NCBI RefSeq assembly: GCF_963921235.1
Contig: NC_086097.1
Span: 189,040,001-189,104,000 of the forward strand
DNA: 64,000 bases
Source: Mobula hypostoma
Lineage: Eukaryota
Direction of reading: 5' to 3'
Of this stretch, positions 1 to 11,997 are shown in pieces. Both the position numbers and the translations under genes were made by a program. Position 1 is the first letter of the stretch; each line of letters starts with the position of its first letter. The notes beneath the pieces are model-generated. The model was not told where the DNA came from. It saw only the letters and a program-made list of their open reading frames with translations, and did no database searches.

Positions 1-352
1 TCTTCTTATTTCTTATTTCACCTCCATGTGTTCACAAAGCAGAACAGAGCTCTAAACTCTGCTAGCCACATGGGACCAGGTACTTCCCAAAGGAGTGGAT
101 GAAGTCTTTATTCATTGCCAAAGCAGTCTAACAAATGTTTATTGGTTTCAGATTTCATAAACGCAACTTTAATCCCTAGACTCTGGACTGTTTTGAAAAG
201 TGTTTCTCTCAAAAATTTAGAAAATCTTGCTTTGCCTTAAATTCTTCAAAAAATATTTTCTGTGAAATATTGGCTCAGAACACAGCAAAGGCACACTCTG
301 TGAAGTGGTCATTCCATATAAGGAGACAATGAGCCACACAAGAGCCAGGGAA

Positions 353-411
353 TAACACACATAAAAGTTGCTGGTGAACGCAGCAGGCCAGGCAGCATCT
401 CTAGGAAGAGG
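353..411 (-). mobile_element. Short terminal fragment of Penelope-like element (PLE)
   Basis: Near-identical to ~1628-1686 (acacacataaaagttgctggtgaacgcagcaggccaggcagcatctctaggaagagg) and to the reverse complement of the PLE end at 57610-57668. Confidence 0.8.
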
Positions 412-479
412 ACTGCTCTTGGCTCCATCTGACAGGAAATGGTAAAGTAGTGGTGGTGGGGTGGGTTAGTGGGTGATTT

Positions 480-830
480 TTGATTCTGGTCATTCTAGCT
501 TGGATGCTATGTAGCCTCCTGTGTTATGGGTGTGGGACAAACAGTCCATGAGCAGGGTGGGTGGGATACTTTATGATATTGCTGGCCTTTTCCTGGAATA
601 TTTCTGCATACATGATGGTGGGTAGGCTGATGCAAGGGATGTGTTGGGCAGTCTTGACTATCTGTTGTGGAACCTTCCTGTCTGCTACAATGTAGTTCCC
701 ATACCATCCAGTAATGTAGCATGTTAGGACGCTCTCTACTCCACACCTGTAGAAGGTCATGAGTATCAACGTGCATTGTCCAGCACTCTTTGGCCTCTTC
801 AGAAAGTAGAGGTATTAGTGAGCTTTCGGA
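480..830 (-). mobile_element. Rex1/Babar-type LINE 3' fragment, decayed
   Basis: ORF 524-769 (FYRCGVESVLTCYITGWYGN...IIKYPTHPAHGLF) matches the C-terminal motif in the other Rex1-type copies here (e.g. 8212-8592). Confidence 0.75.
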
Positions 831-894
831 TTTTATCTGGAGACCCTCATATATAAAAGGGCACACAAGAGACCGCACACAAAGTATTTGAACT

Positions 895-1258
895 GTTCCC
901 CATTCTGGCCTCTTACCTCTTCTTCCCACCTGCCTCTCACCTTCCTCTGGTGCTTCTCCTTCTTCCCTTTCTCCTCTGGTCCACTCACCTCTCCTATCAG
1001 GTTACTTGTTCTCAAGCCCCTTACCTTACACACACATCTAGCTTCACCTATCACGTTTTAGTTTGGCCTCCTTCCACTCCACTCACCTCTTATTCTGGCA
1101 TCCCGTCCCCCCTTCCCGTCCAGTCCTGATGAGGGGTCTCGGCCTGAAATGTGAAATATTTATTCATTTCCCTGGATGCCACTTGACCTGCTGAGTTCCT
1201 CCACCATTTTGTATGTGTTGTTCCGGATTTCCAGTATCTGCAGAACCTCTTGTGTTTA
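895..1258 (+). mobile_element. Old PLE 3' end with degenerate hammerhead core
   Basis: Pyrimidine-rich tract, then cagtcCTGATGAggggtctcggcctGAAAtgtg (1121-1153) and a tail ending ccagtatctgcag, homologous to 57450-57669 and 31300-31559. Confidence 0.75.
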
Positions 1259-1688
1259 TGTTTGAGAGACCGGTCAGATGGATGAGGATGGATTTGTCAT
1301 CTTCTGCAGGACTGCAGGCACCTTCAGCAGGAGGGGAATGGGACTTCTCTACACCCCTTCCCTCCTCACCCTCTAAAAGTTGCTACTGTTGGGGCTGGGT
1401 TGAATCATGCAGAGCTGAGAGTGTTGAACGAATCAAATCACTCACTAACTTGCTTTCTGTGTTCATCTCAAATGAACCATTTTTTTTCCATTTCCATCAT
1501 ACAACAGTTCTCAGAAATGGAATCCTGTTGCAACCTGGGGACCAGCTGTACTCTTCTCAGGGAAAGTCATTTATTCCCTGGCTCTAAACGCAAACAACAG
1601 GAATTCTGCAGATGCTGGAAATTCAAGCAACACACATAAAAGTTGCTGGTGAACGCAGCAGGCCAGGCAGCATCTCTAGGAAGAGGTG

Positions 1689-1726
1689 CAGTCGACGTTT
1701 CAGGCCGAGACCCTTCGTCAGGACTA
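1689..1726 (-). ncRNA. Minimal type I hammerhead ribozyme motif (PLE-type)
   Basis: Minus strand UAGUC-CUGACGA-A-GGGUCUCGGCCU-GAAAC-GUC^GACUG: conserved core, stem I UAGUC/GACUG, short stem II, palindromic ACGU stem III. Confidence 0.8.
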
Positions 1727-1825
1727 ACTGAAAGAAGAGATAGTAAGAGATTTGAAAGTGGGGGGGGGGGAGATCTGAGATGATAGGAGAAGACAGGAGG
1801 GGGAGGGATGGAGCCAAGAGCTGGA

Positions 1826-1863
1826 CAGTCGACATTTCAGGCCGAGACCCTTCGTCAGAACTA
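1826..1863 (-). ncRNA. Second minimal hammerhead ribozyme motif
   Basis: Minus strand UAGUU-CUGACGA-A-GGGUCUCGGCCU-GAAAU-GUC^GACUG: core intact, variants are compatible with G-U wobbles. Confidence 0.7.
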
Positions 1864-2486
1864 GTACCTCTTCCTAGAGATGCTGCCTGGCCTGCTGCGT
1901 TCACCAGCAACTTTGATGTGTGTTACTTGAATTTCTAGCATCTGCAGAATTCCTGTTGTTTATGTATTTATACTGTAATTTTTGTGGTTTTTATTATTGA
2001 GTTACTTATCTTACTGTTTTTTTTTGTACTGCACTGGATCCTTTACTGGAAATGACATTAAGCAATCTTGAATCTTAAGTCTTGAATCATAAGTTGGGTA
2101 TTCATAAGCTGGGGATGTCTGGTAAATTCAGGATTTACACAAGAGAGTCCTGAGAGCATGAAATTTGTGTAGAGATGTACAATTGTGAGCAACTATATTG
2201 AAGGGGAAAATATATCTACATAAAGATAGACATTTGACCTGGTTGTTTGTGCTAATCATGTGTTATAATAATGGCTGCCCAATCTCAAAATTCAATTCCA
2301 TTTTCATAACCCAAACAAAAATCTGTTACTGTGATACAAGAAATAACCTTTGGAAACTGCAAAGCATTTTTAGCCATCCTAAAGTTGAGAAGAATGTCAT
2401 ATAAATTTCGATCTTCCCCTTCTGTTTTTCTTTCAAGTGCTGTTCAATATGAAGAACCAATGCAAGATTGTGGGTAGAAATGAGTA

Positions 2487-2597
2487 TAATGCCTCTGCTG
2501 TCCAAACATAACTTGTAACCAGTTCAGTTTCCAGGGAACAGATGAAGCCTCCCAAATCCATTCCTTCCTAACGTAGAAATTTAATGGTCTGACTAAA
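2487..2597 (+). repeat. 111-bp exact direct repeat, copy 1
   Basis: Identical by eye to 3873-3983. Confidence 0.9.
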
Positions 2598-3248
2598 CAC
2601 ATTAAAAATTAAATTTCCTTCTTTCCTGGACACTGGGTATTGCTGAGTGGCAAGCCTGCTCGGAAACATTTGCTGGATCTAAATTGGAATAGAACCAAGC
2701 TCCTTAAAGAAAATATAGTTAACCGCAGAGAAAAATTAAACTGCTACAGAACCAAGATAATGAAAACAAAAAAATAAAATCAGTAGAAAAATCCAGATGG
2801 CTAAAAACAGGATTAAATTTTAAGCTTTTAGTTATATGTAGTTTATCTGTTTTTAGTTACTAATAAGGCAAAATTCAATTTCATCTGAAGCAGATCCTTT
2901 CTGGCTGAAGTTGGGGCAAATCTAAACAGGAACTAGGCATTTGTGTGTTATCCATGTTAGTTCACCTGATCGTTCCCTGATATAAACAGTGCACCAAAAG
3001 ACATCAAGTTCCACCCATGTCAATATAAATTGAAGCTCAAACTTCTACACTATAACTATTGTGGAATAGTCTCAGCAGAAGTGGAAGCTCGTGGCATCAG
3101 CTTTTTGCTTTTCTATATAAAGTGATGCAAGGAGCACTGTTTTGCAGCCCCTGTTCCCATAGGCTGTTGTGCAGCTGAATAATGCTACACCTCGGCCTGC
3201 CAGTGTCCTTTGAGTATTATGGACTATCAAAGTCGCTTTTTGCATGTA

Positions 3249-3636
3249 CAGTATAGTGCAAAAGTCTTAAAACTTACAAAAATAATGGAAGTATGATTTT
3301 CGAAATATCAAAAAAATTACTATAAGGGCAGTAAACAGTAAAAAAAAACTAAATCAAATCAATATTTGGTGTGACTACCCTTTGCCTTTAAAACTGCAAC
3401 ACTTCTCTTAGGTAGGCTGCCACGCAGTTTTATAAGAAAATCAGCTGGTAGGTTGTCCCAAGCATCTTGGAGATCTTGCCGCAGTTCTTCTGCAGACTTT
3501 GGCTGTCTTGTTTGCTTCTGTCTCGCCAAGTAATCCCAGGCAGCCTCGATGACATTGAGATCAGAGCTCTGTGGAGGCCACGTCATGTGAAACCATATTA
3601 AAAATCTTGGGTGCCGAAGACTTCTGCATAGTACTG
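3249..3636 (-). mobile_element. Internally deleted Tc1/mariner DNA transposon
   Basis: TA flanks (3247-48, 3637-38). Imperfect TIRs CAGTATAGTGCAAAAGTCTT / CAGTACTATGCAGAAGTCTT. ORF 3359-3586 WPPQSSDLNVIE...AKGSHTKY is the Tc1 transposase C-terminus. Confidence 0.9.
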
Positions 3637-3872
3637 TAAATAGTTTTTTTTAAAATGAAGCACTACCAAATGCATTGTAAATATCTGTTTTGCACAGACT
3701 GGAGCAGCGTCACAATCTCGTTGTCTTGATTAGTGAAAATAAAGTTTTATTCTATAAGGCCATATTACTATAACACATAGGAGCAGAATTAGATCATTTA
3801 TACAGTGTGTTGTGAGACTGTGAGGAAGGACAGGCCAATGATAGAGGAAGGATATTTTGTGCCCCTCAAGAT

Positions 3873-3983
3873 TAATGCCTCTGCTGTCCAAACATAACTT
3901 GTAACCAGTTCAGTTTCCAGGGAACAGATGAAGCCTCCCAAATCCATTCCTTCCTAACGTAGAAATTTAATGGTCTGACTAAA
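3873..3983 (+). repeat. 111-bp exact direct repeat, copy 2
   Basis: Identical by eye to 2487-2597. Confidence 0.9.
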
Positions 3984-5334
3984 TACATCCTTTTTATACA
4001 GGTCATAATTTCCTCAGAGGATATCCCAATCTTTAAGAAAACTGAAACCCTGCTTCCTGAACCAATTCTTCAGTCAGTAGACTTGACTGGGCAGCTTCTA
4101 AATTCATTGTAAGCTCCCAGACTACACAAGTTCCACAGACTGTGCTGCATTTGAGTGGATGTTTGTTGAGCCTTTAGTGAATGAATAAGTAGCTCAGTTA
4201 TGACACAGTGGACGGCTCCCTGTTATTGGAAACTTCAGTATGTCAACAGTGAGCAACTGCGGTTGGGTTGGAGATCAGGGGGCAGGGTAAAGAACTGATG
4301 TCAGATTCTCCCTAGACCGTTCTGGCAGAGAAGTCATTTACAAGCTCTGATTTTTCAATGCTTTCATCCTTAAGGTATGTGAAACTGAAGGATAACTTTT
4401 GGCTTTCCTCTCATAGATGGAACAAACTGGCTAAGGAGGACAAGATTACATTGTCAATGTACATGCCTCATGATCATTTTACCCAGCCGCTGCAGATCTT
4501 TGCTATGCCTTCGGATCCATTGCTCACTGCCAAATTTAGACGTTGAGGCAGATGCCATACTATCTGCAAGGAAAAAATTTCATCTATTTTACAGTTCTTT
4601 ACCTCAATGGACAAGGCTTTAAGTTCCACAATGTCTAGCTCAGTATGGAACAAGAGAAAATTGTCTAATATTAATGTATGTTTGTTGCCTGCATTATTCG
4701 GTGGGGTGCTCTGCAGTACGTGCTAGAAAGACACGGAAATTTCGTATCTCATGCTGCACAATCTAAACATTGAAGATAGTAGGTAATGTCCGAGGAAAGG
4801 CAACAAGGATATCTGAAGCTTAACACCATGAGGCAGAATTTGAGGACTAGCAGAAGGTGGCCACTGGGACGTGCCCTTACTCGGCATCAGCAGCCTCACC
4901 TTCCAGTTGACCCGTGGTGGCAAACCTTGACAACACAAGCCAAGCTCCAAGGAAACCCCCAGTAAGAGACACTTTGCCTAAGGAGCCTAGTCCCAGTCAC
5001 AAGTGACTCCATAATTTTACATGTTGCCACTAATCAGGTAGGAAAGCATAGGAGCTGCATAAAACTTGCTCATATGTTGTTTTGTAGGTGCACCTCAATG
5101 ATTATAACACATGAATTAACACATCATTTCTCCAATTACTTAAACAATTGGTATAGCACTTCTGTGTCTCCTGATACTTGGTATCCTGGTTAAAGAATTC
5201 AGATCCATGGATTCAACACATTTTACTATCCATTAAACACTCCTGTGCAGATTACACACTTTGCCGGCACAGCAAACTTCTTTATGCGTCGTGCCATTAT
5301 ATGGGTATTTTCACTCCTGCAGACAAAGCTGTGA

Positions 5335-5520
5335 AATAGGTAAAGTTGTTGCCTCGCTGTCCCAGTGATCCAGGTTCGGTAATGACCTCAAAGACAAGTT
5401 CTCCCTGTGAGAATGTGGCTTTCCCTCAGCTCCTCCAGTTTCGTCCCTCATCACAAATGAAATGCTGTTTAAAAGATAATTGCTGACTACAAATTGTCCC
5501 TCGTGCAGGTAGGTGGTATG
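5335..5520 (+). mobile_element. Heavily decayed V-type tRNA SINE
   Basis: ccaggttcggt (B-box-like), then ttctccctgtga...gtggctttcc...ctccagtttc resembling the V-domain at 7240-7310 and 46465-46540. Confidence 0.45.
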
Positions 5521-6481
5521 AAAATTAAGGACAGCACATAGGTCTGTGAAAGCTCAAAGGAAGTAAATAAAGAATAATGCAATTGCTTGAAAAACTGGCA
5601 TAGATTTGATGGACTGAATTGCTTATTTCTATGATATATGGGAAAAAAACAGAAGGAACTACCAAAGCATGTCCCGGCTGATCACCTAGTATCCATCACA
5701 TAGACTTACTATTTGGCACATTTCTCATTTAATCGGACTTGCATGTTGTTTTGAGTGAATATGGAGGCTTCCCTTGCAGCCTCTGTCAGCTCTATGGCAG
5801 CCATATTGGGTATTCCTGTAGCTTGCCTGCTGTACAGAGTGCACCTTCAAGTGCTGGCTTCCTTCTCTGATTGCTACACAGTACAAAATAAGGAGAAAAG
5901 CATTAGAACCACAAAGTGCTCGTTTCTGGGTCAATGCTATTTAAGATCTTATTTTGGCCAATTTGTTTTTCTATTGGTACTCGATCTGATGTTAGTACCT
6001 AATGTAACAATATCTCAGTGCACCAATAATAACAGTATTCCAATTTCTATGTGAAAATGTGTAAAAGCTAGTGTTATATAGTTAAAATAACACTCAGAAG
6101 GAGTAGTGATAGAAGGAATATTTGTAAAACAGGGTAACTAGATGGGAATGTATTAACTCTGAGTTGTTGATGCAGAAACAACTGCACTCCATTGATTTCA
6201 TTAGGTGATAATTAGGAATTCTCATATAAAAAGTGCTTGAGCAAAAATCTTTAATCCAAATGACATAAAAGGTTCACAAGACAGAATCAATAAAGTGTGA
6301 AAAGAAGCTACCGATATAGCCTAGAAAACAAGCAACGAGAGTATAAACACAAAGCAAAGGGGGTTTTGCAGTTCAAAGATACTGTAATTACTAAGTAGTT
6401 ACAACACAGAATACAGGCCATTTGATTCAATTTCAATATTTTTGATCTAGCTTGTCAACATATGTTATTCCTTTCAACCCA

Positions 6482-6745
6482 GCTGGTGGTGTAGTGGCAT
6501 CAGCGCTGGACTGTGGAGCAGGAGGTCTCGAGTTCGAATCCAGCCGGCTCCCTTGCACGCTTTTCAACCGTGCTGGGTTAAGAGCTGGTGATCTCTTTGA
6601 AAAACTCACCCGGCAGAAGGCAATGGCAAACCACTGCTGTAACTTGCCTCATACATGATTTCCCACTACACCAGAGCGGCGTGAGAGGAAGTCATTCGCT
6701 AACTGGAAAAATTCCGGATGTGATGTATCTTTCTTTTCTCCCCAT
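6482..6745 (+). mobile_element. tRNA-derived SINE
   Basis: A box TGGTGTAGTGG (~6487) and B box GTTCGAATC (~6532), followed by a non-tRNA body and a T/C-rich tail. Confidence 0.75.
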
Positions 6746-6964
6746 GTATCTTTATATAGCTCAGCTACTTCTCTGGATATGCTGTGCATTCTAACCACTC
6801 ATTCAGTAAATAAAATTTCTACTGAATTTGTTACTGGATTTATAATTGATTATATTACATTTATGGCTTTTAGTTTTGTTGTCCCACACAAATGGAACCA
6901 TCTTTATTATGTTTATTCTCTTAACCACTTCCATGATATTAAAGACATGGTATGCATGGCCCCT

Positions 6965-7312
6965 GGGTGGCACAGTGGTGTAGCTGTTAGCACGTTTGGT
7001 GGCCAATTCATTTGGCATGTTTAAAATAGAGCCTGAAAGATTCTTGATTACTAAGGGTATCTAACGTTATGGGGAGAAGGCAGAAGAATGGGGATGAGAG
7101 GGATAATGAATCAGCCTTAATGGAATGGCAGAACAGATTTAATATGCTGAATAGCCTAATTCTGCTTCTATGTCTTAGGGACCTATGGTCTTAGCACCAG
7201 CAATTATCGACTGGGCTTCATTTCCTGCCACTGTCAGTTAGGAGCTTGTATGTTTTCCCCGTGACTATGTAGGTTTACTCGTTGTGGTTCTGTTTCCTCC
7301 CACACTCCAAGA
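6965..7312 (+). mobile_element. V-type SINE split by a CR1 3' fragment (6994-7190) with 7-bp TSD TTAGCAC
   Basis: A-box-like TGGCACAGTGG/TGGTGTAG head, V-domain-like ttgtatgttttccccgtgac...tttcctcccacactccaa, TTAGCAC at 6987-6993 and 7191-7197 flanking a CR1-type tail. Confidence 0.7.
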
Positions 7313-7324
7313 GGCTGTTGCGTT

Positions 7325-8560
7325 CACTTCGACAGTGTGTAGTACCTACCTGCTTCAAGGAGGCTTCAATCATACCCAAGAAGAGTGTGGTGACCTGCCA
7401 CAGTGACTATGGCCCAGTTGCACTTTCATCTACAGTGATGAAGTGTTTTGAGAGTCTAGTGATGAAACATATCAGCACCCGCCTGAGAGATGACTTAGAT
7501 CCGCTCCAATTTGCCTACCGAAGCAGCAGGTCCACAGCAGATGCCATCTCATTGGCTCTTCACACAACCCTGAAACATCTGGACAACAAGGATGCATACA
7601 TCAGGATGATCTTTATCAACTATAGCTCAGCATTTAACACCATCATCCCCTCAAAACTAATCAGTAAGCTTCAAGACCTGGGCCTCAGTACCTCCTTGTG
7701 CAATTGGATCCTGAATTTCCTCATTTGTAGACCTTGGTCAAGTTGGACTGGCAAAAACACGTCCTCCATGATCTCCATCAGTACAGGTGCACTACAAGGC
7801 TGTGTGCTTAGTCCCCTGCTCTACTCGCTTTACTCTTATGACTGTCTGCCTAAGCACAGCTCCAACACCATATTCAAGTTTGCTGATGACACCACTGTTG
7901 TGGGCTTTATCAAGGGTGGTGATAAAGCAAGCATACAGGAAGGAGTTTGAAACACTGGCCAAGTGATGTCATAACAACAATCTCTCACTCAGTGTCAGCA
8001 AGAGCAAGGAACTGGTTGTAGACTTCAGGAGGGGGAAGCAGAAGTCCATAAGCCAGTCCCCATCAAAAGATCAGAGGTGGAGAGAGTCAGTAACTTTCAC
8101 TTCCTTGGTGTTAATATTTCAAAAGACATGTCCTGGGCCTAGCATGTAAATGTAATTGCGAAGAAAGCACAACTGTGCCTCAACTTCTTTAGGAGTTTAT
8201 GGAGATTCAGCATGACATCTAAAACTTTGAGAAACTTGTGTAGGTGTGTAGTGGAGAGTGTGTTGACTGGCTGCATCATGGCATGGTATGGGAACACCAA
8301 TGCCTTTGACCAGAAAGTCCTTCAAAAGGTAATGGAATCGGCCCAGTACATCACAGGTAAAGCACTGCCAGTCATTGAGCATGTCTACATGAAACACTGT
8401 TGTTGGAAAGCAGCATCACTCATCAAAGATCCTCACCACCCAGGCCATGCTTTTGTCTTGTCGCTGCCATCAGATAGAAGGTACAAGAGCCTCAGGGCTC
8501 GCAGCACCAGGTTCATGAACTCCAACTACCCCTCAACCATCAGGATCTTAAACAAAAGGG
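7325..8560 (+). mobile_element. Rex1/Babar-type LINE, 5'-truncated, RT region
   Basis: ORF 7282-7950: [43 protein letters not shown]-terminal ORF 8212-8592. Confidence 0.9.
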
Positions 8561-8565
8561 AGAAA

Positions 8566-8930
8566 CATGTCCTGGGTGGTGGGGATACTTAATGAAAGAC
8601 ACCGTCTTCCTAAGGCACTGCTCCTTGAAGGTGTCTTGAATACTATGGAGGTTAGAACCCATGATGGAGTAGACTAATTTTACAAGTTTGTACAACTTAC
8701 TTCGATCATGTGCAGTAGCCCCTGCACCAGACGGTGATACAGCCAATCAGAATACTCTCCATGGTACTTTTGTACAAGTTTTTGAGTGGTTTAATTGACA
8801 AACCAAATCTCCTCAAACTCCTAATGAAATATAGCAGCAGTCTGCATTCTTTATAGCTGCATCAATATTTTGCATCCAGGTTAGGTCCTCAGAGATATTG
8901 ACACCCAGGAATTGAAATTGCTCACCCACT
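8566..8930 (-). mobile_element. Rex1/Babar-type LINE fragment, inverted relative to the preceding copy
   Basis: Reverse complement is homologous to ~8090-8445. ORF 8540-8746. Confidence 0.75.
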
Positions 8931-11900
8931 TGAAAGATGTCGTCCTTGAGGGGGAGAAATATCCTTGCAGAAGGTTTGCTAGCATGGTTTAAGAGGGTTT
9001 AAGCTAACTTGCAAGGGGGATGGGACCCGGAGTGATAGAGCAGTGTAAGTGCACGGAGTAAAGCCAGATCTGCCATATGGAGAGGCTTTGAGGAAAGAGA
9101 AGCAGAATAAAGGGTGTAAAGACAGTAAGGTAGAAGGGCTTAAGTGTGTGTACCTCAATGAAAGAAGCATCAGGAACAAAGGTGATGAACTGAGAGCTTG
9201 GATACATACATGGAATTATGATGTAGTGGCCATTACAGAGACTTGGCTGGCACCAGAGCAGGAATGGATTCTCAATGTTCCTGGATTTCAGTGCTTTAAA
9301 AGGGATAGAGAAGGGGGAAAAAGGGGAGGAGGGGTGCCATTACTGGTCAGGGATATTATTACAGCTACAGAAAGGGTGGGTAATATAGCAGGATCCTTTT
9401 TTGAGTCAGTATGGGTGGAAGTCAGGAACAGAAAGGGAGCAGTTACTCTACTGGGGGTATTCTATAGGTCCCCTGGTAGCAGCAGAGATACAGAGGAGCA
9501 GATTGGGAGGCAGATTTTGGAAAGATGCAAAAATAACAGGGTTGCTATCATGGGTGACTTTAACTTCCCTAATATTGATTGGCACCTGATTAGTTCCAAT
9601 GGTTTAGCTAGATGGGGCAGAATTTGTTAAGTGTGTCCAGGGCGGATTCCTGTCACAGTATGTTGACAGGCCAACTAGGGGGAATGCCATACTAGATCTA
9701 GTATGAGGTAACGAACCGGGTCAGGTCACAGATCTCTCAGTGGGTGAGCATCTGGGGGACAGTGACCACCGCTCCCTGGCCTTTAACATTATCATGGAAA
9801 AGGATAGAATCAGAGAGGACAGGAAAATTTTTAATTGGGCAAGGGCAAATTATGAGGCTATAAGGCTAGAACTTGCGGGTGTGAATTGGGATGATGTTTT
9901 TGCAGGGAAATGTACTATGGACATGAGGTCAATATTTAGAGATCTCTTGCAGGATGTTAGGGATAAATTTGTCCGAGTGAGGAAGATAAAGAATGGTAGG
10001 GTGAAGGAACCATGGGTGACAAGTGAGGTGGAAAATCTAGTCAGGTGAAAGAAGGCAGCATACATGAGGTTTAGAAAGCAAGGGTCAGATGGGTCTATTG
10101 CGGAATATAGGGAAGCAAGAAAGGAGCTTAAGAAGAGGCTGAGGAGAGCAAGAAGGGGACATGAGAAGGCCTTGACAAGTAGGGTAAAGGAAAACCCCAA
10201 GGCATTCTTCAATTATGTGAAGAACAAAAGGATGACAGGAGTGAAGGTAGGACCGATTAGAGATAAAGGCGGGAAGATGTGCCTGGAGGCTGTGGAAGTG
10301 AGCGAGGTCCTCAATGAATACTTCTCTTCAGTATTCACCAATGAGAGGGAACTTGATGATGGTCAGGCCAATATAAGTGAGGTTGATGTTCTGGAGCATG
10401 CTGATATTAAGGGAGAGGAGGTGTTGGATTTGTTAAAATACATTAGGACGGATAAGTCCCCGGGGCCTGACAGAATATTCCCCAGGCTGCTCCACAAGGT
10501 GAGGGAAGAGATTGCTGAGCCTCTGGCTAGGATCTTTATGTCCTCGTTGTCTACGGGAATGGTCCCAGAGGATTGGAGGGAGGCGAATGTTGTCCCCTTG
10601 TTCAAAAAAGATAGTAGGGATAGTCCGGGTAATTATAGACCAGTGAGCCTTACATCTGTGGTGGGAAAGCTGTTGGAAAAGATTCCTAGAGATAGGATCT
10701 ATGGGCATTTAGAGAATCATGGTCTGATCAGGGACAGTCAGCATGGCTTTGTGAAGGGCAAATCGAGTCTAACAAGCCTGATAGAGTTCTTTGAGGAGGT
10801 GACCAGGCATATAGATGAGGGTAGTGCAGTGGATGTGATCTACATGGATTTTAGTAAGGCATTTGACAAGGTTCCACACGGTAGGCTTATTCAGAAAGTC
10901 AGAAGGCATGGGATCCAGCGAAGTTTGGCCAGGTGGATTCAGAATTGGCTTGCCTGCAGAAGGCAGAGGGTCATGGTGGAGAGAGTACATTCAGATTGGA
11001 GGGTTGTGACTAGTGGTGTCCCACAAAGATCTGTTCTGGGACCTCTACTTTTCGTGATTTTTATTAACGACCTGGATGTGGAGGTAGAAGGGTGGGTTGG
11101 CAAGTTTGCAGATGACACAGAGATTGGTGGTGTTGTAGATAGTGTAGAGGATTGTCGAAGATTGCAGAGAGACATTGATAGGATGCAGAAGTGGGCTGAG
11201 AAGTGGCAGATAGAGTTCAACCCGGAGAAGTGTGAGGTGGTACACTTTGAAAGGACAAACTCCAAGGCAGAGTACAAAGTAAATGGCAGGATACTTGGTA
11301 GTGTGGAGGAGCAGAGGGATCTGGGGGTACATGTCCACAGATCCCTGAAAGTTGCATCACAGGTAGATAGGGTAGTTAAGAAAGCTTATGGGGTGTTAGC
11401 TTTCATAAGTCGAGGGATAGAGTTTAAGAGTCGCGATATGATGATGCAGCTCTATAAAACTCAGGTTTGGCCACACTTGGAGTACTGTGTACAGTTCTGG
11501 TCACCTCACTATAGGAAGGATGTGGGAGCATTGGAAACAGTACAGAGCAGATTTACCAGGATGGTGCCTGATTTAGAGAGTATGGATTATGATCAGAGAC
11601 TAAGGGAGCTAGGGCTTTACTCTTTGGAGAGAAGGAGGATGAGAGGAGACATGATAGAGGTGTACAGGGTATTAAGAGGAATAGATAGAGTGGATAGCCA
11701 GTGCCTCTTCCCCAGGGCACCACTGCTCAATACAAGAGGACATGGCTTTAAGGTAAGGGGTGGGAAGTTCAAGGGGGATATTAGAGGAAGGTTTTTTACT
11801 CAGAGAGTGGTTGGTGCATGGAATGCACTGCCTGAGTCAGTGGTGGAGGCAGATACACTAGTGAAGTTTAAGAGACTACTAGACAGGTATATGGAGGAAT

Positions 11901-11997
11901 CTAAGGTGGGGGGTCATATGGGAGGCAGGGTTAGAGAGTCGGCACAACATTGTGGGCCGAAGGGCCTATAATGTGCTGTACTGTTCTATGTATGTTC
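8931..11997 (+). mobile_element. CR1 LINE, 5'-truncated, nearly complete ORF2 (APE endonuclease + RT)
   Basis: EN motifs YLNERSI, ITETW, MGDFN, SDH. RT motifs YMDFSKAFD, GVPQRSVLGP, KFADD. 3' tail ctgttctatgtatgttct. Confidence 0.95.
10064..11971 (+). pseudogene. CR1 ORF2 reverse transcriptase portion (635-aa open frame). The full ORF2 is broken upstream by a frameshift near 9610 and stops near 9705 and 10046
   Basis: ORF track translation with complete non-LTR RT motifs. The endonuclease lies in separate ORFs 9049-9630 and 9740-10048. Confidence 0.9.

Larger units (their letters stand above)
1588..1962 (-). mobile_element. Fold-back PLE terminal element: ~100-bp inverted ends enclosing two hammerhead cores
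   Basis: ~1591-1688 is the reverse complement of ~1865-1961. The interior is the reverse complement of the PLE 3' UTR at 57460-57610. Confidence 0.85.

Noticed and set aside
6482..6555. Possible tRNA gene (also 27560-27632)
   Set aside because: A/B boxes are present, but there is no convincing cloverleaf and each continues into a SINE body and tail.
9850..11338. Several antisense ORFs of 70-120 aa
   Set aside because: Shadows of the CR1 ORF2 on the opposite strand.
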